A stretch of 64,000 bases of DNA from Pseudomonadota bacterium. GTDB lineage: Bacteria > Pseudomonadota > Gammaproteobacteria > Steroidobacterales > Steroidobacteraceae. A program made the translations under genes and the position numbers. The notes beneath the pieces were generated by a model that was not told the DNA's origin, did no database searches, and saw only the letters and a list, made by a program, of their open reading frames with translations. The stretch lies in NCBI GenBank assembly GCA_021798335.1, contig JAJZMI010000050.1, positions 1,273 through 65,272 on the forward strand. Direction: 5' to 3'. Of the stretch, positions 1-8,525 are shown piece after piece; within the stretch, counting starts at the first letter, position 1, and each line of letters opens with the position of its first letter.

Positions 1-1742
1 GCAAGCGCAACCCGCAGCTCTCGCCGAACGAGCACTGGGTCAGCTACGTCACGGACGGCTCGCTCTACTACGCGCCGGTACACGGCGGGGCCATCCGCCG
101 GGTGGCGGCGCGCCGCAGCGGTGTCCTCGACGGCGAGCTCGACTGGGTATACACGGAAGAACTCGGTCTGCGCTCGGCCTATGCGTGGTCGCCCAACAGC
201 CGCTACATCGCGTTCCTGCAGTTCGACGAACGCCCGGTTCGCACTTTCCCCATCGTCAATTATCTGCGCAGTCCACCGCACATCTACGAGCAGAAGTACC
301 CATCGGCCGGCACTGCGAACCCGATCGTACGGCTGGGAGTGCTCGATATCGCCACCGGCAGGATCGTGTGGACGGCGATGGCCGGCACGCCTGACACCTA
401 TCTGGCCCGCTTCGGCTGGCTACCCGGCGGCACGCGCGTCTACGGCGAGGTATTGAATCGTGCCCAAACGCGATTGCAGCTGCTGATCGCGAACCCGGGC
501 ACGGGCCGATCACGGCCCCTGGTGACCCAGACGGACCCCGATTGGGTCGACGTGCACCGAAGTCCCTATTTCCTGCACAACGGCCGGTTCCTCTGGGGCG
601 GGGAGCAGGACGGTTGGTATCATTTGTATCTGTACGGCCATGGTGGCCGATTGATCCGCAAGCTGACCTGCGGAAATTACAATGTTCTGTCGCTGAATGG
701 AGTGGACGAGAAGCGGGACATGCTGTATTTCAGCCATTACAGCCACGGCCCGCTCGACACGGAGCTGTACCGCGTGTCACTGCACGGCGGAACACCGGTT
801 CCGGTCACGAGGCGCCCCGGCACGCATGCGATCGACATGGGCCCAGGGACGCGCGCGTATCTTGACACGTATTCCAACGTCGTCACACCCCCGTCGTTCA
901 CCGTGGTCGATTTGCACAATGCCCGGCGCACCGTCATTCAGCCAGCCGCGCGCTTGCCGTTTCGATTCCAGAAGCCGCGCTTCATACGCATTACGGCCGC
1001 CAATGGACGCACACGACTGTATGCGCGCCTGACTTTGCCGCCGCACTTCGATCCCCACCGGCGATATCCGGTCATCATGTACCAATACGGGGGCCCGGAT
1101 GTGCCGCCGAGCGTGCGGGATGTCTGGCGAGGAGCCTTCTTCCTGATCAGCCAGCGCATGGCGGAGCGGGGCTTCGTGATGTTCACCACTGACAACAGTG
1201 CCGCCACCTACTTCAGTCATCGCGCCCAGACGCAGGTGAAATTTCACCTCGGCAGGCTCGCGTTGGCCGACCAGCTTGCCGCGGTCAAGTGGCTCAAGCG
1301 TCAACCGTGGGTGAGTAGCGGGCGCATCGGCATCTGGGGCTGGAGTTTCGGCGGCTATATGACCGCATACGCGCTGACCCACGCTCCCCATGTATGGCGA
1401 GCCGGCATCGCGGTGGCGCCGGTGACTCGGTGGCAGGACTACGATACGATCTATACGGAGCGATACATGGGCACGCCGCAGCAGAATCCCGCCGGCTACG
1501 CCGCGAGTTCCGTTGTTGCTGCGGCGCGGCGTCTCGCCGACCCGCTCCTGCTCGTGGCCGGCACCGGCGACGACAACGTGCATTGGCAGAATACCCTGCA
1601 GCTCGTGCAAGCGCTGATCCAGGCGAACAGGCCCTATCAGCTGCTGATTTATCCCAATAAGACTCATGGCATCTCGGGTCCGGCCGCCCGGACCGACTTG
1701 TTCAGCGCGATGGAGCGGTTCTGGGAGCGGAACCTGAAATGA
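1..1742 (+). CDS. Dipeptidyl-peptidase IV-like S9B serine peptidase (N-terminus lies outside the window)
   Basis: Track ORF 102..1742. The same frame stays open back to base 3 (KRNPQLSPNEHWVSYVTDGSLYYAP...). The C-terminal hydrolase part has intact S9 triad contexts GWSFGGY (Ser), GTGDDNVH (Asp) and NKTHGI (His). Confidence 0.85.
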   Translation, partial: KRNPQLSPNEHWVSYVTDGSLYYAPVHGGAIRRVAARRSGVLDGELDWVYTEELGLRSAYAWSPNSRYIAFLQFDERPVRTFPIVNYLRSPPHIYEQKYPSAGTANPIVRLGVLDIATGRIVWTAMAGTPDTYLARFGWLPGGTRVYGEVLNRAQTRLQLLIANPGTGRSRPLVTQTDPDWVDVHRSPYFLHNGRFLWGGEQDGWYHLYLYGHGGRLIRKLTCGNYNVLSLNGVDEKRDMLYFSHYSHGPLDTELYRVSLHGGTPVPVTRRPGTHAIDMGPGTRAYLDTYSNVVTPPSFTVVDLHNARRTVIQPAARLPFRFQKPRFIRITAANGRTRLYARLTLPPHFDPHRRYPVIMYQYGGPDVPPSVRDVWRGAFFLISQRMAERGFVMFTTDNSAATYFSHRAQTQVKFHLGRLALADQLAAVKWLKRQPWVSSGRIGIWGWSFGGYMTAYALTHAPHVWRAGIAVAPVTRWQDYDTIYTERYMGTPQQNPAGYAASSVVAAARRLADPLLLVAGTGDDNVHWQNTLQLVQALIQANRPYQLLIYPNKTHGISGPAARTDLFSAMERFWERNLK

Positions 1743-2012
1743 GCCGGCCGCGAAGGCATTGCCCCGCGACGCGCGGCCTGGATTCCGTGATTCGACGTGA
1801 ATGAGGGTGAGCGCGAAGGGTCAACCGACTCGGTCGCCGCAGTGCGGCCCGAGTGCAGGCGCTGCGCTCGGATGCTCGCGCGAACCTTCTGCCTCGGCCG
1901 CGCGCGATCCGGTGTGGCGATGCGCAATCGGGCAAAGACCCCATTAAGGTAACGTTCATGGCTCTTGTGGTCTCATTGACCCATCAGAGAGTATTCGTCC
2001 GCCGGAGGAGCC

Positions 2013-2141
2013 ATGTTCTTCATGCAGATTTTCTTCGCTGGGGTCCTCGGGTTGGCAAGCCTCGGATCGATTGCGTTCGTCCTGATCAATAACCACTTGC
2101 ACGATAGAGATCCGCAAATGGAGTACCCCGAAGGCGAATGA
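2013..2141 (+). CDS. Possible 42-aa small membrane protein
   Basis: ATG at 2013 preceded by GGAGGAG. It translates to MFFMQIFFAGVLGLASLGSIAFVLINNHLHDRDPQMEYPEGE with one hydrophobic helix. It is below the ORF-track size cut-off and I make no homology claim. Confidence 0.25.
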   Translation: MFFMQIFFAGVLGLASLGSIAFVLINNHLHDRDPQMEYPEGE

Positions 2142-2385
2142 GCAACCGCAGCCGCGGGTACGTTTCGCGCATGCGGATCCCGCCGCATGCGCCGGTCCGC
2201 TGAAGGGAGTGCGCCACGGACTGGCCCACTGCCGGATCAACCGCCCGGCACGCACAGCAGAGGGCAGGGATCGATCTGATCCAGGCACTGCACGCCGTCG
2301 AGCCCCATGCGCCGCTCCTCAGCCAGGCGTCGACGCGCACTGATCACCGCACGATGTGCGTGATACGCGAGTCATCTTGACGGCA

Positions 2386-3468
2386 TCAGGCCGTATCACC
2401 GTAGTGGCGATCTGGGGCTCGCGGCTCGTTCAGAAACCGAACAATGGCGACCACGAAGCTCAGCAGAACGGGACCGAGCACCAGCCCCAGTATTCCAAAT
2501 GCGCTCACGCCACCGATGGCGCCGACGAAGATCGCAAGCGTCGACACCTTGGCGCGATGGGCCGTGAGGAGCGGCCGGACGACATTCTCCACGACGGCGA
2601 GGCCGGCGCCCCAGAAGACAAGGAATATGGCCCAGCCCCAATGGGCCTGGACCAGCAGATACACGACCCCCGGCACCAGAACGACCGTCGCCCCAGCGGG
2701 CAATAGCGCGGCGATCATCGCGAGGACACCGAAGACGAGCGGCGAGGGGAGGCCCGCGAGCGCGAATCCCGCCGCCACGATCAGACCCTGGATGACGGCA
2801 GTCATCGTGGAACCATAGACGACCGCTCGAGTAACGTCCCCGAGATACCGCAGCAGAGGCTCGCGCCGATCGGCGGGGAGGGGTATCAGTCCGGCGATCT
2901 GCTGCAAAAACGACTCACCATCGCGCAGCAGGAAGAACAGCACGAACAGCATCATGAAGAAGCTGATTACTGTTCCGAAAAGGCCGAATGCGACGTTCCC
3001 GCCCGCGGAGGCCGCTGACCTCAGCAACGTCGTGGTTGCGCCGGTGAACCACGCATGGACATCGAAGGTCCGGGCCGGGATATTGCGCGACATCCACGCG
3101 ATCGCCGTGCCGGCCAGCGGCAGGTGCCTGAGGCGCACGATCAAGGCCGGGATGCCGATGAACGGGTGGCGCTGCAGGTAATGAAGCAGGTTGACGGCCT
3201 GCTCGGTGAACACCACCGCCAGAAGAGACAATGGCGCCAGCACGACAAAGGGCGTCGCGACCGTGAGAACGCCGGCCGACACCGCCCGCCGAGCCCTCAG
3301 GCCACCGGCCAGACGCTTGTGAAGGGGATGGAGCAGGAACGCCAACACCATCGCCCAGCCCAACGCATCGTCCAAGGGCACCAGTACCCGCAGCAGCAGG
3401 TAGCCGAGGGACACCACGACCACGACCGCAAACAATCGGCGGTAGAATGGCGAATCCGTCATGATCAT
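2386..3468 (-). CDS. AI-2E family (PerM/UPF0118) transporter
   Basis: 360-aa polytopic membrane protein. The N-terminal and C-terminal helix bundles are typical of the AI-2E family (LVPLDDALGWAMVLAFLLHPLHKRL..., ...PLLTAHRAKVSTLAIFVGAIGGVSAFGILGLVLGPVLL). Confidence 0.85.
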   Translation of the reverse strand: MIMTDSPFYRRLFAVVVVVSLGYLLLRVLVPLDDALGWAMVLAFLLHPLHKRLAGGLRARRAVSAGVLTVATPFVVLAPLSLLAVVFTEQAVNLLHYLQRHPFIGIPALIVRLRHLPLAGTAIAWMSRNIPARTFDVHAWFTGATTTLLRSAASAGGNVAFGLFGTVISFFMMLFVLFFLLRDGESFLQQIAGLIPLPADRREPLLRYLGDVTRAVVYGSTMTAVIQGLIVAAGFALAGLPSPLVFGVLAMIAALLPAGATVVLVPGVVYLLVQAHWGWAIFLVFWGAGLAVVENVVRPLLTAHRAKVSTLAIFVGAIGGVSAFGILGLVLGPVLLSFVVAIVRFLNEPRAPDRHYGDTA

Positions 3469-3492
3469 GGTGATCTCCGATTAGCTGGCGAT

Positions 3493-3996
3493 TCAGCTTC
3501 CGCGATTGCGCCGCAAAGGGCAATGATCGAGAATCTGGCACAGGCGTGAATTGAGGTCGTTCTCTGGGCCGGCGGCTTGATGAGGGAGTTTTCGACCATA
3601 TCCCGGATTCCCACAGGGCAACTGGCAGGATAGCGCACAATTTCCGGTGTGAACCATGACATCAGAGGGTTCGCCGTTGTTCGCGACGTGCGCAGGGACA
3701 TTGAAGTCACCGATGAAGAGGCAGACGATATCGGTGGAGGCGCCGAGGGTGCAGTATCCGCCGGCGCGATCCTTGTGGATCTCGATGATGCGATTGACTT
3801 CTGCGGCGACGGCTCTGGTCTGATGGTGCTCCACAAAAGCGAAGATGTTGCCGAAATGCCTCTTCAGGACGCCGGCGCGGGCGCGCATCGAGGGGATGTG
3901 GCTTCGCAGGGCGGAGATCATCCGGATGCGCAGGAACTTCTCTGCGGCCCCCTGGCAGGTGAAGACCCAGAACCGGGTGCATTCGTCCTCGAGCAC
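3493..3996 (-). CDS. Short endonuclease/exonuclease/phosphatase (EEP)-like protein, possibly degenerate
   Basis: 167 aa with EEP-like motifs in order: WVFTCQG, NIFAFVE, LFIGDFNVP, ILDHCPL. It is much shorter than normal EEP enzymes. It lies 25 nt upstream of, and co-directional with, the AI-2E gene. Confidence 0.3.
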   Translation of the reverse strand: MLEDECTRFWVFTCQGAAEKFLRIRMISALRSHIPSMRARAGVLKRHFGNIFAFVEHHQTRAVAAEVNRIIEIHKDRAGGYCTLGASTDIVCLFIGDFNVPAHVANNGEPSDVMVHTGNCALSCQLPCGNPGYGRKLPHQAAGPENDLNSRLCQILDHCPLRRNRGS

Positions 3997-4041
3997 CCAG
4001 GAGCGATGGAGCGATTCGGCAGACAGTCAGGAGTCACGATC

Positions 4042-4632
4042 ATGCGATATCTGGTGCTACTGGGCGTGGCCGGTGCCGTGGCGGCCCTCGCCACGCTATC
4101 ACGGGCCGCCATCCCTGCTCCCCGTCCGCTGGCGCTCTGGCAGAAGGTGCAGGCATTGCGGAAAGCCCACGCGCTGATGCTCGATAGCGCGGCATATCAG
4201 CCGGGCTCGCGTGCGGTGGACGCCTACACCGTCGATCTGGCCAATGCGCTCGCCAACGACGCGATCCGCACAGCCGGCGGCATCACCAAGGTGCGCCGTT
4301 ATCCCGATGGCGCGCTGGTCGTGAAGGAGAACTTCAACGTACGACGGCAACTGACCGGCATCACGGCCATGCTCAAGCTTCGTGATTATGACGCCGCGGA
4401 CCGCAATTGGGTGATGGCGGCCTACACTCCCGCAAGCAAAGCCATCGCCTACGGCAAAGTTCCCGCCTGCATCGCCTGCCACACGCTGGTATCGAAACAG
4501 GACTTCGTGTTCGCACCGCCGCCGAAGCAGCTGCTCTCCGTGGCCATCTGGAAGGCGTTCTTTCCGAAGCAGCCTGTCACACCCGCATATGCGCAACTGC
4601 TGCGCTGGCATCCCGCGAACGTCGTGAAGTAG
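4042..4632 (+). CDS. Secreted monohaem c-type protein, cytochrome P460-family-like
   Basis: ATG at 4042 with AGGAG 8 nt upstream. It has a signal peptide (MRYLVLLGVAGAVAALATLSRAA) and a single CIACH (CXXCH) site near the C-terminus preceded by DRNWVMAAY. The track ORF start at 3649 is an unsupported N-terminal extension. Confidence 0.6.
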   Translation: MRYLVLLGVAGAVAALATLSRAAIPAPRPLALWQKVQALRKAHALMLDSAAYQPGSRAVDAYTVDLANALANDAIRTAGGITKVRRYPDGALVVKENFNVRRQLTGITAMLKLRDYDAADRNWVMAAYTPASKAIAYGKVPACIACHTLVSKQDFVFAPPPKQLLSVAIWKAFFPKQPVTPAYAQLLRWHPANVVK

Positions 4633-4993
4633 GCGAAGCGAACGCCGCGCAGATTGCGCCCTTCCCGATTCGATGAATCGGGAATTGCGTGGCGAGCCGC
4701 CAGAACCATTCGCCGTTCCTGATCCTCTTGGCTGGTGAAGTCCGGCGCTGGTCTGTGCGGGCCGGACGCGAAGTATCGGCTCGACAGGCCGCGAGTTCGG
4801 TGCGCCAGTGCCCTTTTGCGCCCGTCAGGACCACGATGCTTGCCAATGTGTGATTGGCACGGCCGCGGGAGAACAACCGCGGCATGACCCGTGACGGCGC
4901 GCGCGCACTCTTCCGAGCGCAACCTGTACGCTGGCGCACGGATGAACCGCGTGGATTGCGGCAAGCTTCACCGACTCCCCCGAGGCGGTACCC

Positions 4994-5539
4994 ATGAACA
5001 GCCAAACCACCCTGACCGACACCTCGACATTGCGCGACCGTGCCCGAAAACACATAGACGCCGGCGCGGTGACTTCGGGCTATACGGCTGACCGAGCGGA
5101 AGTGGTGCGCCAGCTCAATGCGGCGCTGGCCACGGAACTGGTATGCGTGCTGCGCTATAGACGCCACCACTTCATGGCCAGGGGCCTCGACGCGAAGAGC
5201 ACAGCCGACGAGTTTCTGGTGCATTCGAACGAGGAGCAGATCCATGCGGATCAGTTGGCGACGCGCATCGTTCAGCTCGGCGGCGAGCCGGATTTCGCGC
5301 CTGACAGTCTGAGCGGTCGCAGTCACGCCGAGTATGTTGCTGGAAACTCGCTGCTGGACATGATCCGCGAAGACCTGATCGCCGAGCGCATCGCCATTGA
5401 CAGTTACCGCGAGCTGATTCAATACCTCGCGGAAAAGGACCCCACCACCAGTCACATGTTGCGCTCGATATTGACCAAGGAAGAGGAGCATGCCGAAGAG
5501 CTCTCCGACCTCCTGGTGAGCCGGCCGGAGCGCCCGTGA
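4994..5539 (+). CDS. Ferritin-like / bacterioferritin-family protein
   Basis: 181 aa with a four-helix ferritin-like pattern (LNAALATELVCVLRYRRHHF..., NEEQIHADQLATRIVQLGG, EDLIAERIAIDSYRELI, KEEEHAEEL). Confidence 0.8.
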   Translation: MNSQTTLTDTSTLRDRARKHIDAGAVTSGYTADRAEVVRQLNAALATELVCVLRYRRHHFMARGLDAKSTADEFLVHSNEEQIHADQLATRIVQLGGEPDFAPDSLSGRSHAEYVAGNSLLDMIREDLIAERIAIDSYRELIQYLAEKDPTTSHMLRSILTKEEEHAEELSDLLVSRPERP

Positions 5540-5958
5540 AAAAGTCCGCGCGCGTCGTTTGGACGGGTGTCATCAAGGAAGGCGGCGGCCTGATCACGAC
5601 TGAGTCCGGCGTGCTCCGTGGCGCACCGTACGGCTTCAACTCACGCTTCGAGGGTGGAAAGGGATCGAACCCCGAGGAGCTGATCGCCGCGGCGCACGCG
5701 AGCTGCTTTTCAATGGCGCTTGCCCTGACGCTGGACGAGGCGGGCCTCACGCCCACGCGCATTACGACCGATGCCGAGATCACACTCGAGAAGGGCCCGG
5801 TCGGCTACGACATCACCGGCAGTCACCTGACCGTGGTGGCCGAGGTACCCGGCGCAGACCCGGCGCAGTTCGAGGCTCTCGCCCAGAAGACCAAATCCGG
5901 CTGCCCGGTCTCCAAAGTGCTGCGTGCGCCGATCACGATGACAGCCAGACTCGCATGA
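5536..5958 (+). CDS. osmC: OsmC family peroxiredoxin
   Basis: 140 aa. GSNPEELIAAAHASCFSMAL and GCPVSKVL carry the two conserved OsmC cysteines. A 4-nt overlap with the ferritin-like gene suggests an operon. Confidence 0.9.
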   Translation: MKKSARVVWTGVIKEGGGLITTESGVLRGAPYGFNSRFEGGKGSNPEELIAAAHASCFSMALALTLDEAGLTPTRITTDAEITLEKGPVGYDITGSHLTVVAEVPGADPAQFEALAQKTKSGCPVSKVLRAPITMTARLA

Positions 5959-6463
5959 CCGAGCCCTGCCGCAGGGCATCCGTCCACACAGTGCCTCGTC
6001 ATCCGCGCCGTTGGCCCTCTCTGCACTCCGAACCACCGGGATGACAGGCAGAAAAAGGATGTTCTTGAACAGGACCGGACTGACCATGGGAACACCTTGT
6101 CCTCAAGGATAGGCGACGCCGTTATCATCGGTGCAATGTTCACCCTGTCGGCGGCACGAGGAGGATGCGACTCCGAGCTGCTGCGTGACGCCGAGGATAC
6201 TTTCTGACACCCCTTCGGCTGTGATGCTGCGCGGCATGATCGACAAGTTCCAGGTGATCGCGCACGGCTCGGGAGCGATCGATAAGAGATGCCGTATCGA
6301 GCAGTACTTCGGCCTGAGCCCCGAGGAACTGCGCCGCGCGTTGCCGAGGGATCGTAGCAAGCGCACCTGCATGATCGCCGGCATGCGCGACCTCTCCCGC
6401 ATCGACCGCTACGGCGCCGTGTACCCCGCTCGGGTTCAATAGGGCCGGTCTCGTGAGCCGCCG

Positions 6464-7174
6464 TCAGTTTCGCATCAGCCGATCCGTTTCCTTTTTGACC
6501 ACGGTATAGCATTCACAGCAAAGAGTCTCCAGCCGCGGCCGGTCAAGCACCGTGATTTGCCCACGCTGGTAGTGTATGACGCCGAGCCGCTGCAGCTTTC
6601 CCGCGGCATCCGTGACGCCCTCACGCCGTACACCGAGCATGTTGGCAATCAATTCCTGCGTCATATTCAACTGATTCGACGGTAATCGATCGAGCGACAG
6701 CAATATCCAGCGGCACAGCTGCTGGTGGACCGTGTGATGCCGATTGCACACGACAGTCTGCGCCATCTGAGTGATGAGGGCTTGTGTGTAACGCAGAAGC
6801 AGTCCTTGCAGCGTGTCGTTGCTGTGAAATTCCTCCTTGAGTCGGGGACCCGGCAGGCGATACGCATGTCCTGCGCTCTGCACAAGCGCGCGGTTGGGCG
6901 TCGTCTCTCCACCCATGAACAGCGGAATGCCGACCAGCCCATCATTGCCCACGACGGCAATCTCCGCGGATGAGCCGTCCAGAAGCACATACAGAAGCGA
7001 GATGATGCAATCGACCGGAAAGTACACATGGCGAAGTGCCTCCCCGGACTCGTAGAGCACGGTGCCGAGCGGCAGCTCGATGCGCTCCAGATGCGGCAAC
7101 AGCCTGACCATGGAGCCCGCAGCGAGCGTCCTGAGAAGGTGATTCTCGGTTGGAAACCGCGTTGCACTCATCAA
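6464..7174 (-). CDS. Crp/Fnr family transcriptional regulator
   Basis: 236 aa with a cNMP-binding-like N-domain (LYESGEALRHVYFPVDCIISLLYVL) and a C-terminal HTH (TQELIANMLGVRREGVTDAAGKLQRLGVI). Confidence 0.85.
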   Translation of the reverse strand: MMSATRFPTENHLLRTLAAGSMVRLLPHLERIELPLGTVLYESGEALRHVYFPVDCIISLLYVLLDGSSAEIAVVGNDGLVGIPLFMGGETTPNRALVQSAGHAYRLPGPRLKEEFHSNDTLQGLLLRYTQALITQMAQTVVCNRHHTVHQQLCRWILLSLDRLPSNQLNMTQELIANMLGVRREGVTDAAGKLQRLGVIHYQRGQITVLDRPRLETLCCECYTVVKKETDRLMRN

Positions 7175-7785
7175 GCAGCCGGTGTCGCCTTCATCTGACT
7201 CATCGCAATCACTCCGACCAGGAATCCTCCGCCGTCAGGATCCCGGCACGCCGAAGCATGCACGCAGCGAGGGTCGCCGTCCGGCGCCGACTGCAGGCGA
7301 AGGTCGGCGAATGCAGTGGCGGCGCCCTCGGCAACTCGCGCGAGCATCGCGCGCAGGGACGGCACAGCCTCCGGGGTGAGAAAACCCTCCAACGACTGGC
7401 CGCGCAACGAGTCAGGCTCCGACCCAAGCAGGGTCGCACCCGTCCGGTTCAGTTCGAGAAGCGCCGCGTTGCCGTCCACCACGAAATGACCAACCGGGGC
7501 GTAGTCGTAGAGTTTAATTTGACGGTTAAGCGCGTTCTCGAGCTCAACGCGCGAGCGCCGCAGCTCCTCCTCCTGCAGGTCCACTTCCACCTGGTGGACC
7601 TGTAGCTCATGGAGCAACGCGAGCGCTTTGGAGGCGGTCGTCGGCGAGGAAGCGAACTCGTAAAGCACGCGCAGCGCGGCCAATGGGTCGGCGCATGCCT
7701 GAGCGTCGGGTCCCCTCAAGTGAGCGACTGCGCGCGAACGCAGGGTATCCGTCCGGCTCCGCTTGTGAGCAACTGTCGTCATCAT
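7171..7785 (-). CDS. PAS-domain protein with N-terminal coiled coil
   Basis: It has the LHELQVHQVEVDLQEEELRRSRVELE coiled coil typical of PAS S-box sensors, followed by a PAS-like core (YDYAPVGHFVVDGNAALLELNRTGATLLG). A 4-nt overlap links it to the downstream Crp/Fnr gene. Confidence 0.65.
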   Translation of the reverse strand: MMTTVAHKRSRTDTLRSRAVAHLRGPDAQACADPLAALRVLYEFASSPTTASKALALLHELQVHQVEVDLQEEELRRSRVELENALNRQIKLYDYAPVGHFVVDGNAALLELNRTGATLLGSEPDSLRGQSLEGFLTPEAVPSLRAMLARVAEGAATAFADLRLQSAPDGDPRCVHASACRDPDGGGFLVGVIAMSQMKATPAA

Positions 7786-8525
7786 GTCACCTCGTTGAGC
7801 GTGCGGTACCGGCGCCCTTGCTTGTGGTGACAGTCTACCTTTTTATTCGCAGCGTTTTGAAGAGGTCGAGCCGACATTCACAGTGACTTCGGCGGCGATC
7901 GTGCACGTGCCGCGCCCGTCGCTCTTGGGATGACCGCACCGGACCGCCAGCGATGGGCATTGCATCCGGGACCCGGTGGGCCTCCGGGCGGCCCGATCTC
8001 CGGCTGCAAGGGAGGCAGGTTCGCCGCGTTCCTCTATGAGCTCGCGCGCGCCCGGATGGAGGGGTTCGGGGTCGAAAAAGACTCGAATTCCCAGTCGTCT
8101 GCGCCAGCTCACTCGTCGTATTCCTGGCAGTCGGGTACGGCAGGACTGATTTGCCCTGCTCTGGGGCTCCCGGTGCGGCGGGGAGTGGAACTCGCGCCTG
8201 GCTCCACTCCGCCAGGCGCTCTCGATGCGCACCTCGGTCCGGCACGAGCGGACCAGCGACGGGGCCGAAGGAGTCAGTCGCACCGTCACACTCATCAAGC
8301 GCCATGCCGGCGGAAAGCGCAATCCCGAGCCGTCCCTGACATTTTCTGTCTCCCGGTCGGCGACTTCGATATCCCTGCACCGGCTTCGGGCACTTTACGA
8401 ACACTCCGCTGGCGCACGAGACAGCAACTCACCTCTTATCCCCGAAGGTACGGTTGAAATGGGGGGATCCGACGGAACGTGGCGCCATCTCGAGCGCGAG
8501 CGTCTGGAGGCGCCGATGAGCGCCG

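Noticed and set aside
3649-4041. N-terminal 131 codons of the track ORF for the P460-like protein
   Set aside because: An ATG at 4042 with a good RBS begins a clean signal peptide. The upstream part is antisense to the EEP-like ORF and is Asp/Gly/Ala-rich.
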